Below, piece by piece: positions 1 through 11,054 of a stretch of 64,000 nucleotides of DNA; position 1 is the first letter of the stretch; every line of letters begins with the position of its first letter. Source of the stretch: Pelagomonas calceolata. Lineage: Eukaryota. Below the pieces are notes generated by a model that was given only the letters and a program-made list of their open reading frames with translations, was not told the origin of the DNA and searched no databases. The stretch lies in assembly GCA_918797485.1 (NCBI GenBank), contig CAKKNE010000006.1, positions 2,914,001 through 2,978,000 on the forward strand, read 5' to 3'. The position numbers and the translations under genes are program-made.

Positions 1-99
1 CAGCGAAGAAACGGCAGCCTAGACGGCGCGTGAGCTCAAAATCAGCCAAAGACCAAATTCTAAAAATACAAGCCGCAGCGGTTGCGCCGAGGCGAAACC

Positions 100-903
100 A
101 TGCGCCTCCTCCTCGTCCTGAGCCTAGCGCAAGCGCTCCGCGCGCCCTTAGACCGACGGCGAACATTAACGACGCGCAAGTACGGCCAGCAGCAGGACGC
201 CGACGACAAATTGCCGGAGATGCGAGCCCCGGAGGAGGGCAAACAAGTCCGCATGTTCGGCGCGAAGTTAGATGCGGGCTTTGCCGGTACGAGAGCAAGT
301 AACCCGAAAGTCATCCGGGCGGTGCTCAAGGCCTACGAGGACAAGCGCGACACCGAAGGGAGCTACGCGTCGAACGACGAGCAGGCCGAGATCTTCTACG
401 CTTCCGCTGTTGAAAAAATGAACAAGGGGTTCTACGACGACGCCGTGAAGAGGCTGAACCGAGCTTCTTATTTCGCGGGCGTCGCGAGTCGTCGAGGCGG
501 CCAGATGCAGTTGTGGCTCGGGCAGGCTCTGTACGCTGCGGGGCGGCGGGGCGACGCCCTCAAACTACTGTTGGCATTGAAAGCTCATCCGGATAGAGAT
601 GTGGCCAAGGTCTCGAAAGAGCTAGTGTTCATTTTAAAAGCGCCCGAACTCCAATTGGACGAGTCGTCGCGCGTCGGCTTCGACATGGACAATTTTGATG
701 CTGAAGCCAAATTCGAAAGGGCTCCGGACGGGACGATAAAAATCATGAAAAGGCCAGAGTTCGAAAAGCCTCCAGAGTACGGGTCCGTCGAGTGGGTGCT
801 CCAGCAGCCGCGCGGCGAGCCGCTTCCTACGAATGAGGTGGATCCTGTCGCCGTGGGTGGGGTCCTGGCTTTGTGCGTCGGGGCGCTGGCTCTGTGCCGC
901 TAG
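100..903 (+). CDS. Signal-peptide protein with TPR-like helices and C-terminal TM segment (probably plastid-targeted)
   Basis: ATG at 100 (MRLLLVLSLAQALRAP: signal peptide plus transit-like stretch); TPR-like segment FYDDAVKRL...QLWLGQALYAAGRRGDAL; hydrophobic C-terminus. Confidence 0.65.
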   Translation: MRLLLVLSLAQALRAPLDRRRTLTTRKYGQQQDADDKLPEMRAPEEGKQVRMFGAKLDAGFAGTRASNPKVIRAVLKAYEDKRDTEGSYASNDEQAEIFYASAVEKMNKGFYDDAVKRLNRASYFAGVASRRGGQMQLWLGQALYAAGRRGDALKLLLALKAHPDRDVAKVSKELVFILKAPELQLDESSRVGFDMDNFDAEAKFERAPDGTIKIMKRPEFEKPPEYGSVEWVLQQPRGEPLPTNEVDPVAVGGVLALCVGALALCR

Positions 904-1032
904 CCGTGCCTGCTCGACGGCGTGGAGGCGGTACGGCCGCTTCTACGTGTCTGCTCCGCAACGTGTCGGATCGAATTCAGCTGCTGGCCGCGCCGATGGC
1001 GTACCGTGTCTACTAATATAATTTCTGTAAAC

Positions 1033-1959
1033 TTACTCACGGTAGGACGCCTTGCGCCGCGCCTCCCGCTTCTCAAATTCGGCCATCTCCGCGGCCGTGA
1101 TGACGCCGTCGCCATCCAAGTCCATGGCCCCGATGTGCTCCTCGAAGGCGCCGCCCGCCCACCGAGGCTTGTAGGAGCCACCGGCTTGAAAGGGCTGCCT
1201 CGGCTTCGAGCTGAAGGGCCTCTTCTTTCTCTCCTCCATAAAAAAGTGCTCCTGGCGCATCTGCTCCTGCTTGGTCGTCTCGAACATGTGGCCCTTGGCC
1301 TTCATGGGTACGGACGGATCAAAGACGCGCGTCTTGTTGTAGCACATCTTCTCTGCTGCCGCGTCGTTCAGATCATTAGGAAAGTCGCGACTGAAGGGCG
1401 GGGCCTCGCCGCTACTCCGCGCGGACGTATTCACGAGCAGCTTCTCGCCCTTCTTGTACGTGCGCTCCGTCATCTTCGATGGACTTAATTGTTCGCGAGT
1501 GTAGCACTTCAATGCGGCTTGCGCGGCAGAGACCGGTCTACGTCTTTGCATCGGATTGTCATACCCTCTAAAATAAGGAGACCAGTCGGGCACGCCCTGC
1601 TTGTCGTCTTGGGCCTTCTTGTCCGCCGCCGCTCGGCCGGCGCCGCCGTCGAAGGGCTGGGTAAAATCGACTGGATACTGTCTCAATTTTTGCGGGATGA
1701 GTTCGCCGCACACCAGGTTCTTGCGCTTCGACTGGTCGGCGCCCTCGTACGAACTTCGGAAGTAGGGGCTCCAGTCCGGGTGCCGGTCCGCGCCCTTCGC
1801 CTTCATACGTTTCTCACGTTCGGCCTGCTGGTAGCGGCGCTGGCGCCGGCATTCTTCCACATAGTCCTCGACGGGCGCGATCTCGAGATTCTTGGGGTTC
1901 TTGTAGATGTCAAAGGCCTTGAATTTGCGCGACGTGCCGGGGCCGCCCTCTGTAGCCAT
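1033..1959 (-). CDS. Hypothetical protein with C-terminal EF-hand
   Basis: 308-aa ORF from ATG; EF-hand loop DLDGDGVITAAE; internal repeat PDWSPYFR occurs twice. Confidence 0.65.
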   Translation of the reverse strand: MATEGGPGTSRKFKAFDIYKNPKNLEIAPVEDYVEECRRQRRYQQAEREKRMKAKGADRHPDWSPYFRSSYEGADQSKRKNLVCGELIPQKLRQYPVDFTQPFDGGAGRAAADKKAQDDKQGVPDWSPYFRGYDNPMQRRRPVSAAQAALKCYTREQLSPSKMTERTYKKGEKLLVNTSARSSGEAPPFSRDFPNDLNDAAAEKMCYNKTRVFDPSVPMKAKGHMFETTKQEQMRQEHFFMEERKKRPFSSKPRQPFQAGGSYKPRWAGGAFEEHIGAMDLDGDGVITAAEMAEFEKREARRKASYRE

Positions 1960-2290
1960 CGGACTGTGGTTGTTGCGACCGCGACGGCGGCGCTAGGTGG
2001 CGGGGCAGCTGCGGCGGGCCGTGGAGGTGCTTGACGTGCTGTTCCGTGCGTTTACGCAAGCGGGAGCGCGAAATTATCATGCGCTGTGATGCAGCGCCAA
2101 CACAACCGGTAAAACGGAGCCCCGTACTTTGCTAGGGCTGGGCGTGTCGAAGCCTCGCCTGACCGGTCCAAGGGCGTCCGGAAGGCTGCCAGACGCGCAA
2201 CAAACGTCGCACCGGGGTGGCAGGAAAAGCTACTAGCCTGCTATAGAGTGGGCGCTGAGCCGAGGCAAAAGGGCTGCCCCAGACGACACG

Positions 2291-4201
2291 ATGCCCAAGC
2301 AGGCGCGCGTCTTAGTGGTGGGAGGCGGCGTCGCCGCGGCGCACGTCGCCCAAGCACTTTGTGAGAGGGCCGAGGAGCTGCCCGAGACGGACAAAGCACT
2401 GTGTACCATCCTGAGCGCCTACCCAGCAGGTATCAGCCCGTACGACAGATCTAGAATCTCGAAGGACGCGCTGGACTGTACCCGGTTAGATGCGACGAGC
2501 TTCCCTTCCTTAGAACTGCCGGACGGCGTCGCGCTGTGGAGCGGCAAGGTCGTCACGAAGTGCGATCCCGACGCTAAGAAAGTTACGTACCGCGATGCCA
2601 TCACGGGTGATGAAGATGAAATCACGTATGAGAAGCTCATTATCGCGACGGGGGCGCGGGCCAAGGTGTTAGATGATCAACCTTACTTGTGGCAAGACAA
2701 GCACTCGGACGTCGTGGACAATGGTTCAATCGAGGAAGGAGGAGAAGATATTGCGTGTGCCCCGGCCCCCGCGCCCGCCGGCGCCCCCGAAGCGACGGCG
2801 CCGGCCCCCAGAATTAGACCGTGGTGTCTCCAAGCCGACAAGAACTGCGGTTTTGGCTCGGTCCACTACCTGAGGGACATCGGCGACGCGGCCAAGGTCT
2901 CGGAAGCCGTCTCCATGAAAGAAGCGGACGGCCAGGAGACGTGTTCCGATCCCGTGGTCATTGTGGGTGGGGGTATCCTCACGATGGAGTTGGCGGCCAA
3001 GATCGCGCGGTTCCGAGGGCAAAAAGTGCCGGTCACCGTCGTACTCTCGAGAGATCGCATCATGCCCAAAGTGTTTAGGGAGGACATTGCTCCGGAGGCC
3101 GGCTCGTTAGGCGCGAAGGACGTCGCGGAGTTTTATGAGAGGCAACTCGTGAAGTGTGGCGTGAAGTTTATCAGGGAGCACCGCTGCCTACGGTTGTGGG
3201 ACGTTGATGAAAGTGGCGAGTTTCCCACGATGGAGGGGCCGGCCATTTCTCTACAACGAACGAGACCTCGACGCTTTGAACCTTTACAGGGGGAGTACTT
3301 CTCGACTTGTAGGGGCATCGTGGTGGAGAACAACCATAGTGCTGAACGAAGTTGGATCGCGGCGAAATGTGTGATTCTATGTCTCGGCGATGAGCCCAAC
3401 TCCCAGGTGTTCTCATTCTTAGATCTGGCTGATGATTCTTCAATCAAAGTAGATGCTACTTGTAGAACTTCGCATTCCTCAGGCGACGTCTTCGCGGTCG
3501 GCGACGTCGCCTCGTATCCTTTACCTCGCAGTAAAGAGAGATGCATGAGACTGCCCCACTACCAGCAGGCTTTCAGTACTGCAGTGTATGTAGCCCACCA
3601 ATGCATTGACGCGATGAAGCAGCCCTCGCGGCCCGGAACCAGAGATTCCAGAAGAAGTATTGGCGGGGACCCGTTTGACCCCGTGCCTTGTATTACCTCC
3701 CAAGTCCTCGACTTGGACTGGGTCTTCTACGGGAGGAATGTTGGAGAATGCGTCCCGCTCGGGTTTGATGGCAATTCCGACCGATACTTCGGGTGCTTCT
3801 GGGTCGAGGACATGCGAGTTGTCGGGTGTTTTTTGGAGGGTGGCTCGGACGAGGAGAAGACCATATGCGAGAAAATCGCGGAGATGCGACCGCGGCTCAC
3901 GCGCATGCACAAGTTCCGCAGTCTCGAGTGCGAGGACTTTTTAGCGGATCCGCTCGGCATGGAGCCGCCGGAGCTCGGGCCCGGCGAGTTCAACGCCGAG
4001 CTGGACGCGAAATACATCGCGATCGCGTTCGACAAGTACGGGCGCGACGGCCAGGCCAAGACCCAAGCCATGGGCGACCTGATGCGGGACCTGGGCGCGG
4101 ACTGGGACGCCGAGGAGGAGAAGGAAGCTTTAAGGGCGCTGGACCCGCTCGGGTCGAACCAGGTGTCGCTCGAGTGCTTCACGGAGTGGTGGCTGAACTA
4201 A
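2291..4201 (+). CDS. FAD/NAD(P)-dependent oxidoreductase, monodehydroascorbate-reductase-like, with C-terminal EF-hand-like pair
   Basis: VVGGGVAA, PYDRSRISK, LIIATGA, IVGGGILTMELA and VFAVGDVA motifs; MDHAR-like C-terminus (WVFYGRNVGE...FGCFWV...VVGCFLEGG); tail ALRALDPLGSNQVSLECFTEWW is EF-hand-like. Confidence 0.8.
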   Translation: MPKQARVLVVGGGVAAAHVAQALCERAEELPETDKALCTILSAYPAGISPYDRSRISKDALDCTRLDATSFPSLELPDGVALWSGKVVTKCDPDAKKVTYRDAITGDEDEITYEKLIIATGARAKVLDDQPYLWQDKHSDVVDNGSIEEGGEDIACAPAPAPAGAPEATAPAPRIRPWCLQADKNCGFGSVHYLRDIGDAAKVSEAVSMKEADGQETCSDPVVIVGGGILTMELAAKIARFRGQKVPVTVVLSRDRIMPKVFREDIAPEAGSLGAKDVAEFYERQLVKCGVKFIREHRCLRLWDVDESGEFPTMEGPAISLQRTRPRRFEPLQGEYFSTCRGIVVENNHSAERSWIAAKCVILCLGDEPNSQVFSFLDLADDSSIKVDATCRTSHSSGDVFAVGDVASYPLPRSKERCMRLPHYQQAFSTAVYVAHQCIDAMKQPSRPGTRDSRRSIGGDPFDPVPCITSQVLDLDWVFYGRNVGECVPLGFDGNSDRYFGCFWVEDMRVVGCFLEGGSDEEKTICEKIAEMRPRLTRMHKFRSLECEDFLADPLGMEPPELGPGEFNAELDAKYIAIAFDKYGRDGQAKTQAMGDLMRDLGADWDAEEEKEALRALDPLGSNQVSLECFTEWWLN

Positions 4202-4275
4202 GTACGAGTACCCTATTTTCCTTTTTGTTATGCCACGCTGTGGCTTCCAGGGCTCCCGCGCCGTTGAGGAATCGA

Positions 4276-4296
4276 CTAGCGGCCGTAAGACACTAG
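4276..4296 (-). promoter_or_regulatory. CTAG-bounded 21-bp upstream motif
   Basis: Reverse complement CTAGTGTCTTACGGCCGCTAG, identical to the copy at 16198; ~125 bp upstream of ATG 4421. Confidence 0.65.
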
Positions 4297-4420
4297 AAAA
4301 GCAACGCTGTGCGTCAGTTCTGATGTGCAATCCGGCGGCATCACTGCCCGCCGGAAGATTTTGGGACGCCTAGTGGCGCACGGTGCTCCGTCTACTCGGT
4401 CGCGGCGGAGGGCAGCGACC

Positions 4421-5548
4421 ATGGCGGCTCACGTGATGCACCCGAGCCTGGCGGTGGTCGACACGCCCCACGGCCGCGGGCTGCGAGCCACGGCGCCCGT
4501 TCGCGCCGGCGAGCGCCTGCTCTATGCGCCCGCGGCGGCGCAGCTCGACGGCGTCGATGCTGATGAATTAGCGACGACGCTGCTCGCGGAGCTGGAGCGC
4601 GGTGCGCACAAATGGCTGGCTTCGCTGCCGCGCGGCGTCGCCTACAGCGCGGCGGGATGTGACGACGCGACGCGGGCCGCGCTCTGCGCCACCGCGGGCG
4701 GCGGGCTCGGGGATTGCGCGTTTGTCCGCAGCGTGGGCCAGGCCCAGGGGCGCGCAGACCAGCGCTGGGCGCGGAGCTTCGTCGTGGCGAACGCTTTGCG
4801 GGTCAAGTCGGGCCATCTCCGGCTAGCACCCCTATTCACGCTGCTGAACCACGGCGAGGACGGGCTGCGACCGACAGAACTGGAGGACGGCGCTCTGAGC
4901 CTGGAGGCCGCCCGCGACCTACAGCCTGGCGACGACGTGCGCATCGACTACGGCCATGGGTCCCACGGCGGCGCGGGCGTGCTCCACCGCTACGGATGGT
5001 TCCCGTCGACGGCTTCGACCGAATTCGTCGTCTTTAACGAGGCGTCGGACGACGCGATTCTAGAAAAACTGCGGAAGCGCCTCGCGCTCGATAACGGCGT
5101 GACGCTGCGTTCCGACGTATCCGGTCCCAACGAGGCGTTGGAGCTTGCGTCTCTACTCCCGGTCCTCAGTTCCAACAGTCTTGTTTCGTTGTCAAGGCGG
5201 CTTGATCGCGGCGAAGACGGAGACGACGCGTCGACGTCACAGGCCTCGCCCACGAAGTCGGCGTCGTCGTCTTGTGGCTTATTCGGGCTGTTCGCCGCGG
5301 AGACGGACCGCGACGTCGCTTATGGGTGGCTCCTGCGCCGGTCGCCGCAACTCCTGGCGCGCGCCCGCGCCCACTGCTGTTCCGTGCTCGACTCTGCCCT
5401 CTCGGCGTCGCGCAAGAACGCCGCGTCGGCGATCGCACGCGGCGGCGCGGCGGTCGCGTCGCTGAGGGAGCACTGCGCGCGCTACCGTTTATCAAGGGAG
5501 GCCATGCTCGAGCGATACGCGGCGCCGCTGCGGTGTAGTAAGAGCTAG
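4421..5548 (+). CDS. SET-domain lysine methyltransferase (Rubisco LSMT/SETD-like)
   Basis: GRGLRATAPVRAGERL, LAPLFTLLNH and DVRIDYG...LHRYGW SET motifs; ATG at 4421. Confidence 0.75.
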   Translation: MAAHVMHPSLAVVDTPHGRGLRATAPVRAGERLLYAPAAAQLDGVDADELATTLLAELERGAHKWLASLPRGVAYSAAGCDDATRAALCATAGGGLGDCAFVRSVGQAQGRADQRWARSFVVANALRVKSGHLRLAPLFTLLNHGEDGLRPTELEDGALSLEAARDLQPGDDVRIDYGHGSHGGAGVLHRYGWFPSTASTEFVVFNEASDDAILEKLRKRLALDNGVTLRSDVSGPNEALELASLLPVLSSNSLVSLSRRLDRGEDGDDASTSQASPTKSASSSCGLFGLFAAETDRDVAYGWLLRRSPQLLARARAHCCSVLDSALSASRKNAASAIARGGAAVASLREHCARYRLSREAMLERYAAPLRCSKS

Positions 5549-5557
5549 AATTCTTCG

Positions 5558-5577
5558 CTAGTGTCTTAGTCCGCTAG
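5558..5577 (+). promoter_or_regulatory. CTAG-bounded upstream motif
   Basis: CTAGTGTCTTAGTCCGCTAG, ~160 bp upstream of ATG 5740. Confidence 0.6.
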
Positions 5578-5739
5578 CATGCGTGGCCTCGGTTTTGACG
5601 CCTTAACGCGGCACCACGCCCGTCAACATAGGTGCGCTTGCAGCCTGAGTCGTGAATTGCATCTGTGGTTAAGACTGTGAACGCTGCACAGCTTCGGGCC
5701 ATCGCTACGACTGCCAAACCACTGCTGCTGACCACAGCC

Positions 5740-7383
5740 ATGATGCTAGCAAGGCGGGCCGTCCCGGCAGCGGCCACAGCAGTTGGCGTAGGACTGGGCA
5801 CAGCCTACGCCATCGAGCCAACTGCCCGCGACGACGAGCTGCCGCGACAATGGGACAGGTCGGCCGTGGCTGCGTACTGGCGCGCGCGGCCGCTCGCAGC
5901 TGCATCGCGCGCTATCGAGGTCGCCGCAACGTTGGCACCTGTCGCCGCGAGGATAGCTGCCGACCGCGCCTTCGTCGCGACCGACGAGCCGGCCGTTGAG
6001 CGTGCCGCGCGGCAGCGGCTGCGGGCGACGCAGGCGCGGGACGCGCTCGTCGAGCTCGGCCCGGCCTTCATCAAACTAGGCCAGCAGCTGTCCATCAGAC
6101 CAGATGTGGTACCGCCGCCAGCCCTCGAAGTGTTGCGAGGTTTGTGCGATGCGGTGCCGGCGGTGCCGACGTCCACAGCTCTAGAGACCGTGCGGGAGGA
6201 CCTCGGCGACGTCATCATCGAGGGCCTCGACGCTCATGCCGTACCGGTGGCCGCTGCTTCATTAGGACAAGTATATAGGGCGCGCTACGAGGGCCGGGAC
6301 GTGGCCGTGAAGGTCCAGCGACCAAATATGGCATGCGGCGTCGCGCGCGACTTGTATCTCTTGGGCAACTGGGCGCGGTTCGTGGAGAGTGCCAAGGCGA
6401 TTCTCGTCCCGAGGCAGCGGCCGTACGACATCCAACTCATCGACGCGTTCTGTAGGGGTGCCTACGGCGAGCTCGACTACGAACATGAAGCAGCAAACCA
6501 GCGACGCTTCAAAGACGCCATTTCCAACGGACCGGCGTCTCTACGCGACGTCTACGTGCCCGAGGTGCGGCTGGCGACGCGGCGTGTTTTGATAAGTGAC
6601 TGGGTCGAGGGTGAACGGTTAAGCCAAGCATCGCAGCCCACGATCAAGAGGCTCGTGCCGCTGGGCGTCGAGCTGTTCTGCTGGCAGCTGCTCGATCTCG
6701 GGTTCTATCATTGTGATCCGCATCCGGGCAATCTGTTGGTGGACGGGCGCGGGCGGCTGTGCGTGATTGACTTCGGTTCGACGCGGCGTCCCTGCGCCTT
6801 CGACGTGACGCCATCGCCGCGACGACGCCATCGCTGTGACACGACGCCACGCGCAGGCTTGTGCGCCGAGATCTCCGCCCCGGCTCGCGAAAACATGACC
6901 AAGGCCATGGTCCACCTCATCGAAGGGAAGGTGGCGGCGCTCGTCGACGACGCCGTCGACCTCGACTTCCTCCCGGACGACATCGACAGGTCCGCGCTGG
7001 TGCCCATCCTCGGCAGAGTCTTCGACGGTGCACGACTGGCGGCCAAGTCCATGGACGGCGTGCCCGTGCAGAAGCGGCGGAAGGAGTTCGCCGCGGTCTC
7101 GGCGGATCTGAACAACATCTTCTTCGAGCAGCCGTTTCGGGTCCCCGACTACTTCGCGCTGGTGACGCGCGCGCTCATCGTCCTCGAGGGTATTGCGTTA
7201 TCCGGCGACCCGTCCTTCGACATCTTCAAGGCGGCCTACCCGCACGGCCTGCGGCGCGCGCGGGAGCTGTTCGGCGTCGAGGGGCTGGCGCGGATCGCCG
7301 CGGCGGCCGGCCGCGCGCGCGTCGCACGGCCTGTGGACGGCGCGGAGGCGACGCCGATCGCGCGGCGACTGACGACTGTGTAA
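5740..7383 (+). CDS. ABC1/UbiB atypical kinase; exons 5740-6775 and 6857-7383 (520 aa)
   Basis: LGPAFIKLGQ, AAASLGQVY, VAVKVQRP and HCDPHPGN motifs; removing the 81-nt GT-AG intron restores IDFG-LCAEI. Confidence 0.9.
   Translation: MMLARRAVPAAATAVGVGLGTAYAIEPTARDDELPRQWDRSAVAAYWRARPLAAASRAIEVAATLAPVAARIAADRAFVATDEPAVERAARQRLRATQARDALVELGPAFIKLGQQLSIRPDVVPPPALEVLRGLCDAVPAVPTSTALETVREDLGDVIIEGLDAHAVPVAAASLGQVYRARYEGRDVAVKVQRPNMACGVARDLYLLGNWARFVESAKAILVPRQRPYDIQLIDAFCRGAYGELDYEHEAANQRRFKDAISNGPASLRDVYVPEVRLATRRVLISDWVEGERLSQASQPTIKRLVPLGVELFCWQLLDLGFYHCDPHPGNLLVDGRGRLCVIDFGSTRRPCAFDVTPSPRRRHRCDTTPRAGLCAEISAPARENMTKAMVHLIEGKVAALVDDAVDLDFLPDDIDRSALVPILGRVFDGARLAAKSMDGVPVQKRRKEFAAVSADLNNIFFEQPFRVPDYFALVTRALIVLEGIALSGDPSFDIFKAAYPHGLRRARELFGVEGLARIAAAAGRARVARPVDGAEATPIARRLTTV
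6776..6856 (+). mobile_element. Decayed introner-like intron (81 nt, in frame, no stop codon)
   Basis: GT...CACGCGCAG ends; two ACGCCATCG family motifs; interrupts the conserved DFG motif; TSD no longer recognisable. Confidence 0.7.
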
Positions 7384-7745
7384 AGTAGATGTATATGTAC
7401 ATACGAGGAGAAAAGCTGGCGCGCGTCTAGTGCGTATCGCGCCTGGCCAAAACGGGTTTCTCATCCAGCCAACTTTGGCTTCCTCGCGCGCGCAGTGCAT
7501 TTATCGCTCGTGGTGTGAATATAACGTATTAGTGAAGGCGCGAACGCGGCTCACCGCTCGCCAGGCGCGCAACGCCGCGAGAGGGCCTGGAAAACCGTCA
7601 GGTCGCTACAACTTCGACCAAGCTGCCGAGAAGTCCTTCTACGCGCCGAAGACGCCGAAGATGCCGAAGAAGAATGGTGCGTAGGCGCGCGGCCCGGGTA
7701 ACACTCAAAGTATATCTTCCTCGCCGGATTGCTTGTACACAATCT

Positions 7746-8669
7746 TTACACGGAGCCACCGCCTTGTGCGGCCGCTGCTAGCCCCGAAAGTAAGTCCCGA
7801 AACTCCGGCCTCCCAAGCTCTTGTTCGCGGCCGACGGCCACTACTCCCATCGCCCGGTAGCGCACAAGCTCCTGCTCCGCCCGCTCCAACCGCTCGCGGA
7901 GGTCGGCGTTCTCCTTCTCGAGCGCGGCGGTCTGGTAGATCTCGCTCCTGACCTCGCGCGGCACGTCAGAGAGCCGCACCTTCTCCAACTCCGCCACGCG
8001 CGCCGTCAAGGCAGCACAAGACGCGCAGCCGGACGGAGCAGGGACAGGAGGCGCGCAGACGACGGCCGGCCGCCGCTCGCACTCCTTGCACATCCAGTCG
8101 CCAAAATACCGCTTCACGAAGAGCTCGCGGTACCGCCGGTCGGCGCGCGTCGACCCGCGGAAGGGGATCGCCCTTAATCTAACGCAGCCGGCGTGGAAGG
8201 CCCGGCCGCACGACGTGCAGGGCACGAGCTGGCTCCTTAATGAATAGGCGTCGTCGCCGCAGGCCGCGCAGCGTTCCCCATTGCTCTCGTCGAGGGGGTT
8301 CGTCGTGGCTGCTAACGCTAATAGATCCGCGGTCGTCGGCGTCGCCTCGTCCGGAGCTGGCGGCGGGCGCGGCGGCGTGGCGGGCGCCGTCGTCTCGGCG
8401 GTCGGGACTGGCGCGGCGTCCCTCGGCGGGCTCGGGGCGGCGGCCTCGACCGCGGGAGGTTCGGACACGACCACGGCGACGCTCGTGTCCGCGTGGGTTG
8501 CCGCCGCCGCTGGGGCCTCCGGCGCCTCCTCCGCCCGCGCCTTGAGCCGCTCTCCCTCGACACGGGCGGCCTCGAGCTTTGCCTGAAGCTGGGCCATGGC
8601 CGCGTCCTGGTCGGCCAGCTGCGCCGCAAACGCGCTTTTGCGCTTCCTGGCGCTGTCGAGCACATCCAT
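7746..8669 (-). CDS. PHD-finger and coiled-coil protein
   Basis: CAACG...CTSCGRAFHAGC...WMCKEC C4HC3 pattern; coiled-coil segments at both ends. Confidence 0.75.
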   Translation of the reverse strand: MDVLDSARKRKSAFAAQLADQDAAMAQLQAKLEAARVEGERLKARAEEAPEAPAAAATHADTSVAVVVSEPPAVEAAAPSPPRDAAPVPTAETTAPATPPRPPPAPDEATPTTADLLALAATTNPLDESNGERCAACGDDAYSLRSQLVPCTSCGRAFHAGCVRLRAIPFRGSTRADRRYRELFVKRYFGDWMCKECERRPAVVCAPPVPAPSGCASCAALTARVAELEKVRLSDVPREVRSEIYQTAALEKENADLRERLERAEQELVRYRAMGVVAVGREQELGRPEFRDLLSGLAAAAQGGGSV

Positions 8670-8985
8670 CTTAGAGCTCGCTTAGCGCTGGCGGAAGCGC
8701 TTGGAAACGAGCGGGCGCGTCACAGCGCTCGAGCAGCGATGTCTGGCGGCCGGAATTAGAGCGTCTACGCCCTGCGCGCTCACACGGCCAAGGTTAGGCG
8801 CCGCCGACCTAGCGTACATCGACACTAGCAATCAGCTCGCTTTGCAATTTGACGCTCATAGACGCGATAAACCGCATCGCTGTGCACACTAGTGACTGTC
8901 AGGACTCGCAGTCGGCAAGGCCTCGTCGCCGCAATCAAATTTCTTGCAGCGCTATCGTCCGAGGCGTGACGCCTCAGCCGCAACC

Positions 8986-9690
8986 ATGATCCTGCGACAC
9001 GCCATAACGCTTGTAGCCTGCGCCCGCGTGGCGCAGGCCTTCCACAGCTCTACCCTTGCAACAATGCCGCGGCAAACCCCCCTGCTGCGCGCGAGCACCG
9101 CCGACGCCGCGACGGGCCTTGCGGACACGCAACTCGTCCTCAAGTTCGCGTGCTTCGGGTTTAAGGACCGGGACTGCTTGCTCACGCTTGGTAGTGGCGG
9201 CACGGCGACGTTCAGCGCGGGCATGGTCAGCGACGGGCCCGGCGAGTGGCGCGTCGTGGCGGGCGACCCCGAGGACGGGGAGAACCCGAGAGACGCGTAC
9301 CTCGAGTTCAGCCAGCCCGTGACGGAGGTCTACAGCGAGCTGTACAACGTGCCGAGCGGCGTCGTCTTCTGGCGGGGCCGCGTCGCGAACGAGGGCGGGC
9401 GGCTCGCGATCGTCGACGGTGTGGCCATCTCAGAGTCTTCAGATACCTCTCGGAAACTCGTGGCGAAGCTGACGGGCGGCGCGGGCTTCCAGAAGGAGGG
9501 CGACTTCACGGCGCGCGCGGTGGCGCCGGGCGACGACCCGGCGACGCTGCCCCAGCCGGTCTCGATCGAGTTGTACGACGACGGCGGCACGCCGCAGTCG
9601 TCGGGCGTCGACCCCGAGTTCGGGGAGCTCGGCAAGCGCAAGCGCAAGCGCAAGGCGGGCACGGCGCCGGAGAAGGGGTTCGGGGCCTAA
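8986..9690 (+). CDS. Hypothetical plastid-targeted protein
   Basis: ATG at 8986; signal peptide ending AQA-F (ASAFAP-like), followed by an S/T/R-rich transit-like stretch. Confidence 0.6.
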   Translation: MILRHAITLVACARVAQAFHSSTLATMPRQTPLLRASTADAATGLADTQLVLKFACFGFKDRDCLLTLGSGGTATFSAGMVSDGPGEWRVVAGDPEDGENPRDAYLEFSQPVTEVYSELYNVPSGVVFWRGRVANEGGRLAIVDGVAISESSDTSRKLVAKLTGGAGFQKEGDFTARAVAPGDDPATLPQPVSIELYDDGGTPQSSGVDPEFGELGKRKRKRKAGTAPEKGFGA

Positions 9691-9810
9691 TAGTAGCGCT
9701 CTGAACCTTGGCCCAGGCCCCAGTGGGGGATCCGCGAATCCCCGCGACGCCGTCGACGCGACAGTACTACGAAAGAATGTACGAAAGAATGCTATATACC
9801 CCCCCACTCC

Positions 9811-10671
9811 TCAATGCGCGTCAGCGATCGCCTTCTTGATCTCGCCGATGGCCTTGCCCGGGTTCAGGTGCTTCGGGCATGTTTTACTGCAGTTCATGAT
9901 CGTGTGGCACCGGTACAATTTAAAGGCGTCGTCCAAAGCTTCTAGTCTTTCTTGGCGCATGTCGTCGCGACTATCTTGGATCCATCTGTAAGCCTGCATC
10001 AAGACAGCGGGCCCAAGGTACGAATCGGCATTCCACCAATAAGAGGGACAGGAAGTCGAACAACAAGCACAAAGGATGCACTCGTACATCCCGTCAAGCT
10101 TCTTCCGATCGACTTGTGTTTGCAGATGTTCCTGCGTCAAGTCATGTTCACTCTTCGTCTGGAGCCAGGGCTTGATCGACCGATACTGGTCGTAGAAGTT
10201 CGTCATGTCCGGTACCAGGTCCTTGATGACGTACATGTGCGGTAGGGGGTTTATCGTCACTGGCTTGTCCGAGACCTTCTCCTCGCCGGGCGGCGTGATA
10301 TAACACAAGCAAGCGAGGGTGTTCGTCCCGTTGATGTTCATGGCGCAGGACCCGCAGATGCCCTCTCTACAGGACCTTCTGAAGGTTAGCCCTGGCTCTT
10401 GCTCCGCCTTAATCTTGATCAAAGCATCTAAGACCATGGGGCCGCACTCGTCGAGATCTACCGGATAGGTCGACGTGTAGGGCTTCTGGCCGGGAACCTC
10501 CGGGTCCCACCGATAAATCTTAAAGTAGCGGACGTTGTCGCCGGTGGACGCTTGCGTGCTGAGGGCGGCGCGCGTGGCGCTGACGGCCCAACCGGCGCCT
10601 GGCGCGCGACGCGCAGGCCCGGCGGCGCCGAGGGTGGCGCGGGCGGCGCGCTGGACTGAAACACGCAGCAT
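9811..10671 (-). CDS. SDHB: Succinate dehydrogenase iron-sulfur subunit
   Basis: [26 protein letters not shown] and [12 protein letters not shown]e-S motifs; mitochondrial-type presequence. Confidence 0.98.
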   Translation of the reverse strand: MLRVSVQRAARATLGAAGPARRAPGAGWAVSATRAALSTQASTGDNVRYFKIYRWDPEVPGQKPYTSTYPVDLDECGPMVLDALIKIKAEQEPGLTFRRSCREGICGSCAMNINGTNTLACLCYITPPGEEKVSDKPVTINPLPHMYVIKDLVPDMTNFYDQYRSIKPWLQTKSEHDLTQEHLQTQVDRKKLDGMYECILCACCSTSCPSYWWNADSYLGPAVLMQAYRWIQDSRDDMRQERLEALDDAFKLYRCHTIMNCSKTCPKHLNPGKAIGEIKKAIADAH

Positions 10672-11054
10672 GGTGCTAATTTTGTCGGTGCTCTGGAGCG
10701 GTGGGTTTCTTCGGCGTCGGGGCGCGGGGGCCGTGCGCAGACGTCCGAGAGACTGCTAGAAACGCGTGAACGCGCAGCGGTAATCAGCGGTATTCGGCGG
10801 CGGCCGCGCTGTAATATTTTGTTGTGGTGGAAGAATTGCGGAAGCACTCGATAATCCTTTAGCGTCAAGCATACTAGCTTTTCAGCCTCCTTGCTTTGTA
10901 CGTCGATTGCGCAGCCGAGAGAGAGACGCTGAAACACTGTGCAAGCAAGCGTATAACATCTACCATTCGGTGTGAGCGCTGCTACCAATTATTGAGAGCA
11001 GTGCTGGTCCCCGACGCGAGTTTGGCCTCCTTGCCTGCAGCGCTGCACAGCATA

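Noticed and set aside
7430..7684. Coding-looking stretch (RYNFDQAAEKSFYAPKTPKMPKKNGA) with a possible intron near 7496-7564
   Set aside because: There is no convincing ATG or recognisable motif, so I cannot support a gene model.
9768..9791. Tandem duplication TACGAAAGAATG x2 in an intergenic region
   Set aside because: A single short slippage-type duplication with no other copies seen.
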